NCBI GenBank assembly: GCA_030840525.1
Contig: JAVEEI010000131.1
Coordinates: 526-64,525, forward strand
Origin: Frankiaceae bacterium
Lineage (GTDB): Bacteria > Actinomycetota > Actinomycetes > JAFAQI01
DNA length: 64,000 nt
Direction of reading: 5' to 3'
The notes beneath the pieces are model-generated. The model ran no database searches and was not told the DNA's origin. It worked only from the letters and a program-made list of their open reading frames with translations. Shown one piece after another: positions 1 to 9,959 of this stretch; the stretch's first letter is position 1; each line of letters opens with the position of its first letter. The position numbers were made by a program, and so were the translations under genes.

Positions 1-357
1 CGAAGTCCGAGCGGGAAGCAGCGCGACGCTCTCGTCGGTCAGGCGGTAGACGACCGCCGCCGGGTCCGATGCCCGCTCGCCCCAGCCCGGCGTCGCCCCG
101 TGAGCGTCGTGGATCGCCGACCGCACACTGGCGCTCGCCAGCTCGTACGCCGCCGTCTCGTCGTCGGCGTCGACGGTCAGGTCGATGTCGACGGTGGCGT
201 GCCCGCCGTGGTCGCTGTAGCCCCACGAGCAGTCGAGCAGGTGGGCGTCGGCCGCCTCCAGCGTGGCGTACCTGTCGGTCACCCGCTCGAAGTGGCTTCG
301 TCGTACGTCGTCCGGGCCCTTGACGATCAAACCGAGCGTCACGGCGAAGGTCGTCAC
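1..357 (-). CDS. Hypothetical protein, 5' part only (the gene continues beyond the window start)
   Basis: Open minus-strand frame from the window edge. It begins at a GTG at 357-355 that overlaps the stop of the downstream small gene (GTGA), and an aagggag Shine-Dalgarno-like sequence sits in front of it. The translation (VTTFAVTLGLIVKGPDD...) is protein-like, but I recognise no family. Confidence 0.35.
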   Translation of the reverse strand, partial: MTTFAVTLGLIVKGPDDVRRSHFERVTDRYATLEAADAHLLDCSWGYSDHGGHATVDIDLTVDADDETAAYELASASVRSAIHDAHGATPGWGERASDPAAVVYRLTDESVALLPARTS

Positions 358-579
358 TCGCGTTCTCCCTTCTCGCGACACTCGCGTTCCATCATTCTGA
401 TGCGGTTCTTGAGTTGCTGGAAGTACAGCGGGTTCGACGGCGTCCGGTGGATCGTCTTCTGGTGGCGGCCGCACGGGCACCGCGCCCGCGGATAACCCGT
501 CCGATCCTCGTCGACCGTCCACGAGCGTGCCCGCAGCCAGGCTACGACCTCGCGGTACTGCTGCTTCCCGCTTCCCATG
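354..579 (-). CDS. Small hypothetical protein (about 74 aa) with a CPCG motif
   Basis: ATG at 579 (MGSGKQQYREVVAWLRARSW...RCPCGRHQKTIH...). It is the C-terminal ATG-initiated part of ORF 354..1022, and its stop overlaps the next gene's start. Confidence 0.4.
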
Positions 580-643
580 TCGAACACGTTGTCGAAAACT
601 CGCCATGGTGAGCGCCGCCGATGGCGGGTTGTGGACAGGGCAG

Positions 644-1126
644 CTAGCCGACGAGGCTGTGGATTTCTTGGACGGCGTACCAGGCCAGCTCGTACGCGTC
701 CGCCTCGTCGACCGCGAACTTCGCGTCCTCGTCGCCGTGGTCGGCCCGGGCCAGCGCGGACGCCGCGACCGACACGACGCCGTCGGCGTCTTCGTCGTCG
801 ACCAGCGCCGAAGCCCACCGCGACGTCTCGACCGGTACGCCGACCGCGACCGCCGCCCGCGGCGACCCGAGCACCGCGACGTCGGCGTCGGGCACGTCGA
901 CCGCGAGTACGACGCGCCGCCGCGGCACCATCGGCTCGGCGGCGAGCAACGCGAGCGACCCGCGCCCGGCGGCCTGCTGGGCGACGTACTCCATCTCCTC
1001 CTCGTCGCCCTCGCGGTACCACTCGCGCAGCGCGGGCGTGACGGCGTACGCGGTGCCGCCCGGCGCCCGCCCGGCGTCGAGCCAGGCGCGCAGCAGCGGC
1101 AGCGTCGCCGGGAGGTAGACGCGCAC
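644..1126 (-). CDS. Conserved hypothetical protein
   Basis: 160-aa ORF with a GTG start at 1126, 4 nt downstream of the patatin gene's stop. Acidic, non-repetitive protein; no family recognised. Confidence 0.5.
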   Translation of the reverse strand: MRVYLPATLPLLRAWLDAGRAPGGTAYAVTPALREWYREGDEEEMEYVAQQAAGRGSLALLAAEPMVPRRRVVLAVDVPDADVAVLGSPRAAVAVGVPVETSRWASALVDDEDADGVVSVAASALARADHGDEDAKFAVDEADAYELAWYAVQEIHSLVG

Positions 1127-1130
1127 CGGG

Positions 1131-2123
1131 CTACGCGGCGGGCAGGGTGGCGTCGCCGGCCCGCAGCGCCGCCGCGGACGTGCGCAGCGAGGTGTCGAGC
1201 ACGCGCAGCCGCCGGCGCGGGTCCATCAGGTTGACCCCGATCGCCTCGAGGTCCTCGCGGCCGGGGCCGAGGATCGTGACCGCGGTGCCGTGCCGCCGTA
1301 CCTTCGCCGCCTCGCGCAGCACCCGCTTGGTCATCGCCCGGCGGAACCGCCGCTCCACCCGGCCGACCAGCGACGGCGGCTCGTCGAACTCGAACGAGAC
1401 CATCGGCGCGAGTACGACGACCTCGTCTAGTCCGCGGCCGGCCAGCAGGTCGAGCGACGTCGGCGAGCAGGTGCCGCCGTCGACGTAGCGGCGGCCGTCG
1501 ATCGTGACCGGCGCGTACCAGCCGGGGATGGCGCACGAGGCCATGACCGCGTCGCGCAGCCGCGCGGGCGGCGCGCCGACCCGGCCGAACGGCACCCGCC
1601 GGCCGGTGTCGTAGTCCATCGTCACGATCCAAGTCGCCGGGTGCGGCGCCCAGCCGTCCGCGCTCTCCGCCGCCTCCACCCCGGCCTCGATCAGGGCGCC
1701 GACCGCGTCGAGCTGGCCGCGGCCCTGCGGCGCCAGGCCGGAGAGGATCGCGAGCGGCGGGAGCCGGCGCGGGTGGCGGACCGCGTGGGCGAGCAGCGCG
1801 GTCGACCCGATGCCCAGCTTCGGCCGCGGCGGCAGCGGGCCGCCGCTGGCGTTGTCGGGGTCGAAGTCGACGGCCGGGTCGCCGGGCGCCGGGATGCCGC
1901 GCTGGTGGTTGACCAGCGTGTCGACCGCGACGCCGCAGCCGAGCAGCCCGGACAGGACCGACCCGGCCGACGTGCCGACGAGCACCTCGGCCTCGCGCGG
2001 GTCCCAGCCGCAGGTGTCCTCGAGTGCGGCGAGCGCGCCGATCATCCAGCTCGCCCCGAGCACGCCGCCGCCGCCGAGGACGAGGCCGCGCCGCAGACTT
2101 TCGGGCCGTACCGCCTTGCTCAT
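1131..2123 (-). CDS. Patatin-like phospholipase
   Basis: GGGGVLGASWMIGALAALE oxyanion/Gly-rich motif, GTSAGS serine hydrolase motif and a DGG motif. ATG (MSKAV) at 2123 overlaps the WS/DGAT stop (ATGA). Confidence 0.85.
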   Translation of the reverse strand: MSKAVRPESLRRGLVLGGGGVLGASWMIGALAALEDTCGWDPREAEVLVGTSAGSVLSGLLGCGVAVDTLVNHQRGIPAPGDPAVDFDPDNASGGPLPPRPKLGIGSTALLAHAVRHPRRLPPLAILSGLAPQGRGQLDAVGALIEAGVEAAESADGWAPHPATWIVTMDYDTGRRVPFGRVGAPPARLRDAVMASCAIPGWYAPVTIDGRRYVDGGTCSPTSLDLLAGRGLDEVVVLAPMVSFEFDEPPSLVGRVERRFRRAMTKRVLREAAKVRRHGTAVTILGPGREDLEAIGVNLMDPRRRLRVLDTSLRTSAAALRAGDATLPAA

Positions 2124-3521
2124 CGGACCGTCTCCACGAGCTCGCCGAGCGACTCCTCTATGCACAACGCGATCACGTCGACGTCCGGCATGGCGTCACG
2201 GTCGGCGTTCAGCCCGTAGTACACCCCGCCGTTGTACGACGTCAGCCCTACGGTCACAGCTTGCTCCTTCGCGAGCGGTACGACGGGGTAGCACTCCAGC
2301 ATCTGTGCCCCGGCCGCGTACAGCGCGAACTGCGGGCCGGGCACGTTCGTGACGACGACATTGAACAGCCGCCGGGTCATCCGCGCGCCCAGCCTCGCCG
2401 CGGCGGCGTGGATCGTCGGCGGGGCAAACCCGGACAACGAGATCAAAGCGTCCGCGCCGACGGACTGGCCGGAGTCCTTGTGCGCCTTCATCGCGTACGA
2501 GACCCGGTGCAGGCGGACCAGCGGGCTGGCCTCGCCGACCGGCAGGTCGACGAAGATCGCGGAGACCCGGTTGCCCAGCGTCCCGGTCTGCTCGCCGGTG
2601 CGGACGCTGACGGGGACCATCGCGCGGACCGTGGTGGCCGGGGTGACCGACTCGCCGCGGGTCAGCAGCCAGGTGCGCAGCGCGCCGGCGACGGTGGCGA
2701 GGACGACGTCGTTGACCGTCCCGCCGTGCGCCTTGCGCACCCGCTTGTAGTCGTCGAGCGCGGTGGCCGCCATGCCGTAGCGCCGCTGCTCGCCGACCGT
2801 CGCGTTCAGCGCCGAGGCCGGGGCGGGGCGCAGCGAGGTACGGACGGTCGCGAGCACGCCGGCCGCCGTACCGAGCGCTCGCTCGGCGGTCGCCCGGGCG
2901 TCGGTGACGCCGGTACGCAGTGTCTCGACGACCTGGCTCGGCCGGCGCAGGTTGTCGACGATGGCGTCGGCGACGAGCGACAGGCCGCTCGGCGCGGGGC
3001 CGGGCAGCCAGCTGTCGCTCGGCAGGTCGTCGGGCGGAGCCGGCGAGTCGTCGAGGATCAGCGCGCCGACGTCGACGGCACTGACACCGTCGACCATCGC
3101 GTGGTGGGTCTTCGTGATGATGGCGAACCTGCCGTCGGCGAGGCCCTCCACGAGGTAGATCTCCCAGAGCGGGCGGTTGCGGTCGAGCTGGCGGGACTGC
3201 ACCCGGCCGACCAGCTCGCGCAGCTGGTCCGCGCTCCCCGGCCGCGGCAGCGCGCTGCGCCGTACGTGGTAGGAGATGTCGAAGTCCTCGTCGTCGACCC
3301 ATACCGGGTTGGCGAGGTGGCCGGGCACCCAGCGGACGACCTGCCGGTAGCGGGGTACGGCGGCGATCCGGTGGGCGACGAGGTCGCATAGCGCGTCGTA
3401 GTCGAACGGCTCGCTGCTCTGCGGCGGGGCGAAGATCGCGACCCCGCCGACGTGCATCGGCGTCGTCGGCGTCTCGAGGTAGAGGAACGAGACGTCGAGC
3501 GCGGAGAGCCGGTCGCTCACA
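2120..3521 (-). CDS. Wax ester synthase / diacylglycerol O-acyltransferase (WS/DGAT, Tgs-like)
   Basis: HHAMVDG catalytic motif (HHxxxDG) in an approximately 467-aa protein. The N-terminus [12 protein letters not shown] is typical of WS/DGAT. GTG (VSDRLSALD) at 3521 overlaps the HAD gene's stop. Confidence 0.85.
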
Positions 3522-4188
3522 CGGCCGCCAGGTCGAGCCGGAAGTGGGCCGCGAGCTCGGCGACGGTCTGAGCGGGGTCGACGTGCCGGATGCCGGTCAT
3601 GCCGACCTGCTCGGCGGCGCGGACGTTCGGGCCGAGATCGTCGACGAACACGCAGTCGGCCGGCGCGACGCCGAGCCGCTCGGCGGTGAGCAGGTAGATC
3701 TCCCGCTCCGGCTTGCGCAGGCCGACCTCCCCGGAGATGACTGTGACGTCGAACAACGCGTCCCAGTCGGTGCGGTCGTAGTCGAGGCCCCACGAGTTGG
3801 ACAGCAGGGCGGTCGGGTGACCCGCGGCGCGGATGCGCCGTACGACGTCAACCATGGCGGGCGCGGCCTGGAAGCCGGCGAACATCCGCCGGAGCATCCC
3901 GTCGGCGGTCAGCGGCCGGCCGTCGACGCTGCGCAGCTCGGCGGCCAGCAGCCGCTCGAACTCCGCTGCGGTGAGCTCGCCGCGCTCGAGCCGGTAGGCC
4001 GGGTTCGCGCCCGGGTCGGTGTCGCGCAGCCAGGTCGTCATCAGCGTGCGGAAGTGCTCGTTGTCGATGCCGTCGCCGTCGCACCAGGCGCGCATCGCCT
4101 CGTCGAGCGGGCTGGTGAGCACGCCGCCGTAGTCGACGACGAGCGCGCTCACGCCCGCCGCGCCGTGTTCCGAGCGGGATTCGGTCAT
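3517..4188 (-). CDS. HAD-like hydrolase family protein
   Basis: VVDYGGVLT motif-I-like segment (second Asp replaced) and a [13 protein letters not shown] motif-IV-like segment. 223 aa with an ATG start. Confidence 0.6.
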   Translation of the reverse strand: MTESRSEHGAAGVSALVVDYGGVLTSPLDEAMRAWCDGDGIDNEHFRTLMTTWLRDTDPGANPAYRLERGELTAAEFERLLAAELRSVDGRPLTADGMLRRMFAGFQAAPAMVDVVRRIRAAGHPTALLSNSWGLDYDRTDWDALFDVTVISGEVGLRKPEREIYLLTAERLGVAPADCVFVDDLGPNVRAAEQVGMTGIRHVDPAQTVAELAAHFRLDLAAV

Positions 4189-4221
4189 CGCTGCCGATGT
4201 TATCCGCGCGCTGCCAGCGGG

Positions 4222-4797
4222 CTATCCGCGCGGCGTCGTGCACACCGCCGGCGACGGCGCCGCGAGCCCGAGGTCGCGAGCTTTCGCGGCGGCGGCCTCG
4301 GCCGGGGTGGCGAGCCGCCGGAACCCGCTGCTGATGTCGAGCTGGACCGTGCCCGGGGTCTGCGTGGACAGCTCTTCGATCTGGGCGCCGGCCACCTGCT
4401 CGGCGAGGGTCAGCGCGAGACCGGTCTCGCCCGGGGCGTAGACCACCCGCGGCGGGCCGGTGGTCGAGGGGCCGTTGCCGACCTTGACGACGGCGAACCC
4501 GCGCAGCGTGAGCTGGCCCGCGACCGTGTGCGCGAGCCCGACCCGCGCGGTGCCGTTGAGTACGGCGACCTTGACGGTCTTCGCCGCGGCCGGCGAGGGC
4601 GACGACGACGGGGTCGCGCACACGGCGAGCGGCCGGGCCGGCGCGCCGCTCTTGCCGCCGTGCCAGGCCCGCCAGCCGAACCAGCCGCCGGCGGCGGCTG
4701 CGGCGAGCACCAAGACGGCGACGACGTACGGCGTCTTTGTCCTGCGGCGGCGGCCGCGGCGTCGGGGGGCGAGGTCGCCGCTGCCGAGGATCGTCAC
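4222..4797 (-). CDS. LytR_C (cell-envelope-related transcriptional attenuator C-terminal) domain membrane protein
   Basis: TM helix ([16 protein letters not shown]) followed by [34 protein letters not shown], typical of LytR_C. GTG at 4797 is in frame. Confidence 0.6.
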   Translation of the reverse strand: MTILGSGDLAPRRRGRRRRTKTPYVVAVLVLAAAAAGGWFGWRAWHGGKSGAPARPLAVCATPSSSPSPAAAKTVKVAVLNGTARVGLAHTVAGQLTLRGFAVVKVGNGPSTTGPPRVVYAPGETGLALTLAEQVAGAQIEELSTQTPGTVQLDISSGFRRLATPAEAAAAKARDLGLAAPSPAVCTTPRG

Positions 4798-4845
4798 GGG
4801 CGGCGACGATACTGTCCGGGGACGCGCCACCACAGGAGGGCTTCC

Positions 4846-6057
4846 GTGGATTTTGCTCTGTCCCCCGCCGCGCAGGACTATGCCAAGCGGCTCGAAGACT
4901 TCATGGACAGCCATGTGTATCCGGCGGAGAAGGTCTACGAGGAGCAGCGCCGCGCGCTGTTCGTTGACGGCCAACCGCACCGGGTGCCGGCGGTCGTCGA
5001 GGACCTGAAGGTCGAGGCGAAGAGCCGCGGGCTGTGGAACCTCTTCCTGCCGGACGTCTCCGGGCTGTCGAACGTCGACTACGCCCACCTGGCCGAGATC
5101 ATGGGCCGCTCCGCGCACCTGGCTCCGGAGGCGACCAACTGCGCCGCGCCGGACACCGGGAACATGGAAGTGCTGCACATGTTCGGCACGCCGGAACAGA
5201 AGGAGCGCTGGCTCCGGCCGCTCATGGACGGCGAGATCCGCTCCGCATTCGCGATGACCGAGCCGGCCGTGGCCTCCTCGGACGCGACGAACATCTCCAC
5301 CGAGATCACCCGCGACGGCGACCACTACGTGATCAACGGCCGCAAGTGGTGGATCAGCGGCGCGGCGGACGAGCGGTGCGCGTTCTTCATCCTCATGGGC
5401 AAGACCGACGCGGCCGCCCCGGCACACCGCCAGCAGTCGCAGATCCTCGTCCCGGTCGACACGCCCGGCGTCACCATCCTGCGCAACCTGCCGGTCTTCG
5501 GGTACGTCGACCAGCACGGTCACTGCGAGATCACGTTCGACGACGTGCGGGTGCCGGTGACCAACCTCATTGGCGAGGAGGGCGGCGGCTTCGCGATCGC
5601 GCAGGCGCGGCTCGGCCCCGGCCGGATCCACCACTGCATGCGGGCGATCGGCGTGGCCGAGCGCGCGCTCGAGCTGATGTGCCGCCGGGCGCTGTCGCGG
5701 ACCGCGTTCGGCCGCACCCTCGCCGAGCAAGGCGTCGTCCGCCAGCAGATCGCCGAGTCGCGGATGGCGATCGACCAGGCGCGCCTCTACACGCTCTACA
5801 CCGCTTGGCTGATCGACAGTGTCGGCGCGAAGGGCGCCCGCTCCGAGATCGCCGCGATCAAGGTGATCGCGCCGCGGGTGTGCCTCGACGTACTGGACCG
5901 GGCCATCCAGGTGCACGGTGCCGGCGGGGTGTCGGACGACTTCCCGCTCGCCAGCATGTGGGCGCACGCGCGCACCCTGCGCATCGCCGACGGCCCCGAC
6001 GAGGTGCACGTCCGGTCGGTGGCCCGCCAGGAGCTGGGCAAGTACGTCGACCGCTGA
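4846..6057 (+). CDS. Acyl-CoA dehydrogenase (FadE family)
   Basis: ACAD motifs ([23 protein letters not shown]-terminal [15 protein letters not shown]). GTG at 4846 is preceded by ggaggg. The 434-aa N-terminal extension in the ORF track is Arg/Gly-rich and antisense to real genes. Confidence 0.9.
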   Translation: MDFALSPAAQDYAKRLEDFMDSHVYPAEKVYEEQRRALFVDGQPHRVPAVVEDLKVEAKSRGLWNLFLPDVSGLSNVDYAHLAEIMGRSAHLAPEATNCAAPDTGNMEVLHMFGTPEQKERWLRPLMDGEIRSAFAMTEPAVASSDATNISTEITRDGDHYVINGRKWWISGAADERCAFFILMGKTDAAAPAHRQQSQILVPVDTPGVTILRNLPVFGYVDQHGHCEITFDDVRVPVTNLIGEEGGGFAIAQARLGPGRIHHCMRAIGVAERALELMCRRALSRTAFGRTLAEQGVVRQQIAESRMAIDQARLYTLYTAWLIDSVGAKGARSEIAAIKVIAPRVCLDVLDRAIQVHGAGGVSDDFPLASMWAHARTLRIADGPDEVHVRSVARQELGKYVDR

Positions 6058-6092
6058 GCGGGTCCGTGTCCGTGTCCGCGGCGGCGTCGGCG

Positions 6093-7418
6093 TCAGGCAC
6101 GGCGCCACCGGCCTCGCTGCCGGGCCGCCGCCAGTCGCCGACCGGCGCCTCGTAACGCACCGGCGCCTCGTAGCTCACCGGCGCCTCGTAGCTGAGCGGC
6201 TAGCGCGGCCAGCGCGTGCCGCGCGGGGCTGGACGGCGCGGCCTCGACCAGCGTGCGGGCTCGCATGACGGCCCGGTCCACCGCGGGTTGGTCGAGCGGC
6301 ACGAACGCATCCGGGGTGACCGACGCGAACCGCCGGAGCGCCTCGCCGACCTGCGCGCACGGGTCGCCGGGCCCCACCGCGCGGGCGCGGACCCGGTTGA
6401 CCACGACGACCGGCTCGGCGCCCGGCGCCGCCTCCCGAAGCTCGGCGAGCCCGCGGACCAGCCGCTGGAGCCCGACCGGGTCGGCCGTCCCGACGGCGAC
6501 GACCGTGTCGGCAGCGCGCAGCGCGGTGAGGGTCGCGCCGTTGCGCTGCGGCGCGACAGTGTCGTAGGCCAGCTCCTCGTCCTCCTCCAGGCAGAAGCCG
6601 CAGTCGACGACGACGTACGCGCTTACCGTCCGCGCCAGCGCGAGGACGGCCGCCGCGGCGCTCGGCCGTACCTCGTCCCACCGGTCGGCCCGCGCGATGC
6701 CCGTGAGCACGCGCAGCCGGTCGCCGACCCCGCGCGCCAGCCCGGCGAGCGCGGCCCCGTCGAGCCGCCCGGCGTTGGCGAGCCGGCAGGCGGACGCGAA
6801 CCCGGCGATGTCGTCGAGCACGCCGAGAGCCGGCGCGATGGTCCCGCCGTACACGTCCGCATCGACGAGGACGACCTCGTCTCCGGCGGCGGCGAGCTCG
6901 GCGGCGAGACCGATCGCGACGGTGGTCCGGCCCGGCGCGCCGGCGGGGCCCCAGACGGCGATCAGCCGGCCGACACCCTCCGCGGGCTCGCCATCGTCGG
7001 GCTCACCCGGCGGCGCTTCGGACGGTGCGGTGGTGGCCGGCGCGTGCGCGGGACTCATCGCGTCGACGGCCGCGCGCATCCGTACGACGACTTCCTCGGT
7101 GGGCGCGTCGGCCCCGATCAGGTGCGTGACACCGAGGCGGCGCAGCGTCTGCTCCGCCTCCGCGTCGTCGGGTCGCACGAGCGCGAGGACGGCGACTCCC
7201 ATGAGGTCGAGCCGCGTGACGACGTCGCGATCGAGCCGGCGCAGGTCGGCCGACGCGACGACGGCGCTCGCGATCCCGGCACTCGCGGTCGCGAGCAGGT
7301 CGGCGACGTCGACGCAGCGGCGCACGACCGCGACGCCGTCGGCGCGGGACAGCCCGGCGACCAGGTCGGCCTCCCACCGCGGGTCGGCGATCGCGGTGAT
7401 GACGGACAGCGTCACGTG
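6093..7418 (-). CDS. Ssd/CpaE-like ParA/MinD-family ATPase (septum-site-determining-like)
   Basis: N-terminal receiver-like domain, then GRTTVAIGLAAELAAAGDEVVLVDADVYGG (deviant Walker A of the CpaE/Ssd subgroup). GTG at 7418 with ccggaggg upstream overlaps the cpaB-like stop. The C-terminus carries an (LRGAGx)3 repeat. Confidence 0.7.
   Translation of the reverse strand, partial: HVTLSVITAIADPRWEADLVAGLSRADGVAVVRRCVDVADLLATASAGIASAVVASADLRRLDRDVVTRLDLMGVAVLALVRPDDAEAEQTLRRLGVTHLIGADAPTEEVVVRMRAAVDAMSPAHAPATTAPSEAPPGEPDDGEPAEGVGRLIAVWGPAGAPGRTTVAIGLAAELAAAGDEVVLVDADVYGGTIAPALGVLDDIAGFASACRLANAGRLDGAALAGLARGVGDRLRVLTGIARADRWDEVRPSAAAAVLALARTVSAYVVVDCGFCLEEDEELAYDTVAPQRNGATLTALRAADTVVAVGTADPVGLQRLVRGLAELREAAPGAEPVVVVNRVRARAVGPGDPCAQVGEALRRFASVTPDAFVPLDQPAVDRAVMRARTLVEAAPSSPARHALAALAAQLRGAGELRGAGALRGAGRRLAAARQRGRWRRA
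6138..6191. repeat. 18-bp tandem repeat, 3 copies (caccggcgcctcgtagct), inside the 3' end of the ATPase gene
   Basis: Direct visual repeat. It encodes the LRGAGELRGAGALRGAG tail on the minus strand. Confidence 0.6.
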
Positions 7419-8089
7419 CCCCCTCCGGCACCGGCCGGAACAGCGACGAGGTCGACCGCACCGGACTCCGCGGCCCGCACGACGTCGGCGACGCGGTCGG
7501 CCGGTACGACGAGAACGACCGACAGCGCGGCGTCCGCGCCGAACGTCCGGCCACCGCTGGGGCGGGCCTGCACGACCGCGGCGGCGAGGACGAGCGACGG
7601 CGGAGCCGGGCCGCTGGTGCTTGACCCACCGGCGGATCGCGGGCTCAGGTAGACGTCGACGCGGTCGCCCGGCGCGAGATCGGGCGGCAGGTGCCCGGCC
7701 TGCACAGGCACGGTGACCAGCCGCGACGAGTCGGTCCGCGGCGACGCCGCGAGTGCGGCCGCGGGCAGCAACTCGCGCGCTGCGACGAACCGCACGACGA
7801 CGTATCCGGCCGGCGCGGCGCCGGTGAGATAGCCCGCGGCGGCCTCGTTGAGGCGGACCCGCACCGGTGTCAGGTCGCCGGCCGCCACCCGCTCGCCCGG
7901 CGCGAGGTCGTGGGCGGCGGCCCACACCGTCGTCTCCCGGCTCGCGGCGGCGAACAGCCGCGCGCCGCCGACCATCGAGCCGAGCAGCAGCACGATCCCG
8001 AGCACCGCGCGCGTGTCGAGCCACCGCCGCGACCCCAGTCGCAGCGCCGCCGGCGACGCCACGCCATCGGCTCTCCGCCCGTCGTCCAT
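7412..8089 (-). CDS. CpaB/RcpC-like SAF-domain protein
   Basis: N-terminal TM helix (LGIVLLLGSMVGGARLFAAA), SAF-like region and an Ala/Pro-rich C-terminus. ATG at 8089. Operon partner of the ATPase. Confidence 0.65.
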   Translation of the reverse strand: MDDGRRADGVASPAALRLGSRRWLDTRAVLGIVLLLGSMVGGARLFAAASRETTVWAAAHDLAPGERVAAGDLTPVRVRLNEAAAGYLTGAAPAGYVVVRFVAARELLPAAALAASPRTDSSRLVTVPVQAGHLPPDLAPGDRVDVYLSPRSAGGSSTSGPAPPSLVLAAAVVQARPSGGRTFGADAALSVVLVVPADRVADVVRAAESGAVDLVAVPAGAGGGT

Positions 8090-8132
8090 TCGCTACCCTC
8101 CCGTCCGTTCGATCGTCTCCCGAGCAGGACTG

Positions 8133-8152
8133 CCTACCATTGGGTAGGTACG
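8133..8152. promoter_or_regulatory. Palindrome cctacc-attg-ggtagg in the divergent promoter region between the cpaB-like and HTH genes
   Basis: 6-bp inverted arms seen directly. The position suits an operator for the adjacent HTH protein. Confidence 0.25.
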
Positions 8153-8252
8153 CGGAGCAATTCGCGTCGTCGCGGTTGGGGACGGCGCGCCCGCAGAACG
8201 CGACTGTGGACGACGCGACCGCGGCCGGCGAGACCTGCCAGACTCTGGGCCG

Positions 8253-8504
8253 ATGGACCGACCGCGGTTTCTCCAACTCGCCGACGTGGCGGAGATCCTC
8301 AATATCTCCGCGGCGCAGGCGTACGCGCTGGTGCGCAGCGGTGAGCTGCCCGCCATCAAGGTGGGCGGCCGTGGGCAGTGGCGGGTGGAGCACGAACAAC
8401 TCGAGCAGTACATCGCCCGGGCATACGCCGAGACGAAACGGTTCGTCGAAGAACATCCGTTCGGCCGCACGGATGCGGAAGTCGGCGCGGCCGACCTCGA
8501 CTGA
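8253..8504 (+). CDS. Helix-turn-helix DNA-binding protein (excisionase/MerR-like family)
   Basis: LADVAEILNISAAQAYALVRSGELPAIKVGGRGQWRV is a classic excisionase-family HTH. 83 aa. Confidence 0.75.
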   Translation: MDRPRFLQLADVAEILNISAAQAYALVRSGELPAIKVGGRGQWRVEHEQLEQYIARAYAETKRFVEEHPFGRTDAEVGAADLD

Positions 8505-8535
8505 GCGCCGGGTGAGCCAGGTCAGGTGAGCCCGG

Positions 8536-9071
8536 TCAGGTGAGCCGTAGGGAGGCGACGGCGGCGAGCGGCAGGCAGCGTTCGGCGCGCGCGGACCGCG
8601 GCTCGGGGCCGATGTCGACGAAGTCGGCACCGACGCGGCTCACCGTCCCGCGGAAGTCGGTGCCGTTGCGCAGGCGCACGTGTACGACGCGGCGGTCCCG
8701 TGCGGTCGCGCGGAGGACGGAACCGACTCCCAGCCGTTGATCCACCGGCGAGACTGCCGCCGGATCCACAGCGCGGGGTGGCAGCCCCTCTACCCACATG
8801 GTCGCCGCCGCGAGCACGAGAAGCTCGCCCGCTGCGCCATCGTCGATGAGCAGCCAGTCCGGTCCCACGCGGTGCACCCGGCCACGGACCGGGCTGGACC
8901 CCTCGAGGCCCAGCGTGAGGTCGCGGCCGGCGGCGGCGCGCAGCCGGTCGACGAGGTGCAGGCGGGCGAGCTCCCGGCGGGTCCGGTCGGCCACCTCCCC
9001 GGCGAGCTCGCGCCGCTCCTCGGCGTCGAGGTCGGCTTCCAGCTCGTCGATCAGCCGCTCCCACTGCATCC
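8536..9071 (-). CDS. Conserved hypothetical protein
   Basis: ATG (MQWERLIDELEADLDAEERREL...) at 9071; 178 aa; no family recognised. Confidence 0.5.
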
Positions 9072-9185
9072 CCAATGTCGAGCTCCCGTCACGGTATCCA
9101 CAAGCAACCGAAGGCAATTGACCGCAAACGCGCGAATCGGATACAACCGGTACGACGCCAACATACGGAGAGGAAGGAATCTCGC

Positions 9186-9959
9186 GTGATTTCGGTCCGT
9201 CGCCCGCCAGGACGCGGCCGGGCGCTGCTCGTCTTGCTCGTGGCGGCGGTGGCCGGGGTGGTGCTGGCCGGCGTCCGCGGGCAGGTCGGCAGGACGCCGG
9301 GCATCGCGCCCGACGCTGCGACTCTTGTCGTTGCGGCGCAGTGGGCGGTGTGGCTGCTGACGTCTTACGCGGTCGCCGTCGCTGGGTGCGTCGCGGCGCT
9401 CACCGCCCTGGGCCGACCAAGTAGAGCTCGTGCCCTGCTCTGGCTGCTGCCCGCGGCCGGGCGTCCCGCTCTTGCCGCGGCACTCGGAGTCGTGCTGACG
9501 GCCAGCCCGGCCGTCGCGAGCCCGTCGCCATCGCCAGCCGCACCGCCGAGTACGACTACCGCCGACCCGTTCGACTGGACCGCGCCGACGGAGGCCGCGG
9601 CCGGCATCGCCGCCCGCATCTCCCCGGCGTCGCCGCCGGCCCAGCAGGTCGCTCGCCGGGCGCCGCCGCGCCAGCCCACGGTGGGCCCGGCGCCACGCCC
9701 GATCCGCCGGCCCCTGCCCCGCACGGTGCGCGTCCGCCCCGGCGACTGCCTCTGGTCGCTGGCCGCGCGCGATCTTGCCGCCCGCCGATCCGGTCCTCGT
9801 CCGGCCGACATCGCGGTGGCCTGGCACCGCTGGTACGCCGACAACCGGCCGGTCATCGGCCCGGACCCGGGTCTGCTGCATCCCGGCGAGGTGCTGCGCG
9901 TGCCGCTGCTCAACCCGCCCCTCCACCCGTCGACCCGCATCACCAGGAGACCGTCATGA
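9186..9959 (+). CDS. LysM domain-containing membrane protein
   Basis: GTG at 9186 preceded by ggagaggaagg. TM segments, a Pro/Ala-rich linker and a C-terminal LysM-like segment (VRPGDCLWSLAARDL...LLHPGEVLRVP). Confidence 0.65.
   Translation: MISVRRPPGRGRALLVLLVAAVAGVVLAGVRGQVGRTPGIAPDAATLVVAAQWAVWLLTSYAVAVAGCVAALTALGRPSRARALLWLLPAAGRPALAAALGVVLTASPAVASPSPSPAAPPSTTTADPFDWTAPTEAAAGIAARISPASPPAQQVARRAPPRQPTVGPAPRPIRRPLPRTVRVRPGDCLWSLAARDLAARRSGPRPADIAVAWHRWYADNRPVIGPDPGLLHPGEVLRVPLLNPPLHPSTRITRRPS

Noticed and set aside
3544-4845. 434-aa N-terminal extension of the plus-strand ORF that continues into the acyl-CoA dehydrogenase
   Set aside because: The extension is Arg/Gly/Asp-rich low-complexity sequence, antisense to the HAD and LytR_C genes. 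A GTG at 4846 with a ggaggg RBS gives a normal-length ACAD.
4222-6108. 628-aa minus-strand ORF
   Set aside because: Most of it is antisense to the acyl-CoA dehydrogenase. Only the C-terminal LytR_C portion (4222-4797) is retained.
6216-7716. Plus-strand ORFs of 478 and 339 aa
   Set aside because: Both are antisense to the Ssd-like ATPase gene and show no protein-like features.
8090-8252. Possible tRNA or small RNA in the 163-bp divergent intergenic region
   Set aside because: I could not see a cloverleaf or conserved tRNA boxes by eye, only a short palindrome. tRNAscan would be needed to exclude it formally.
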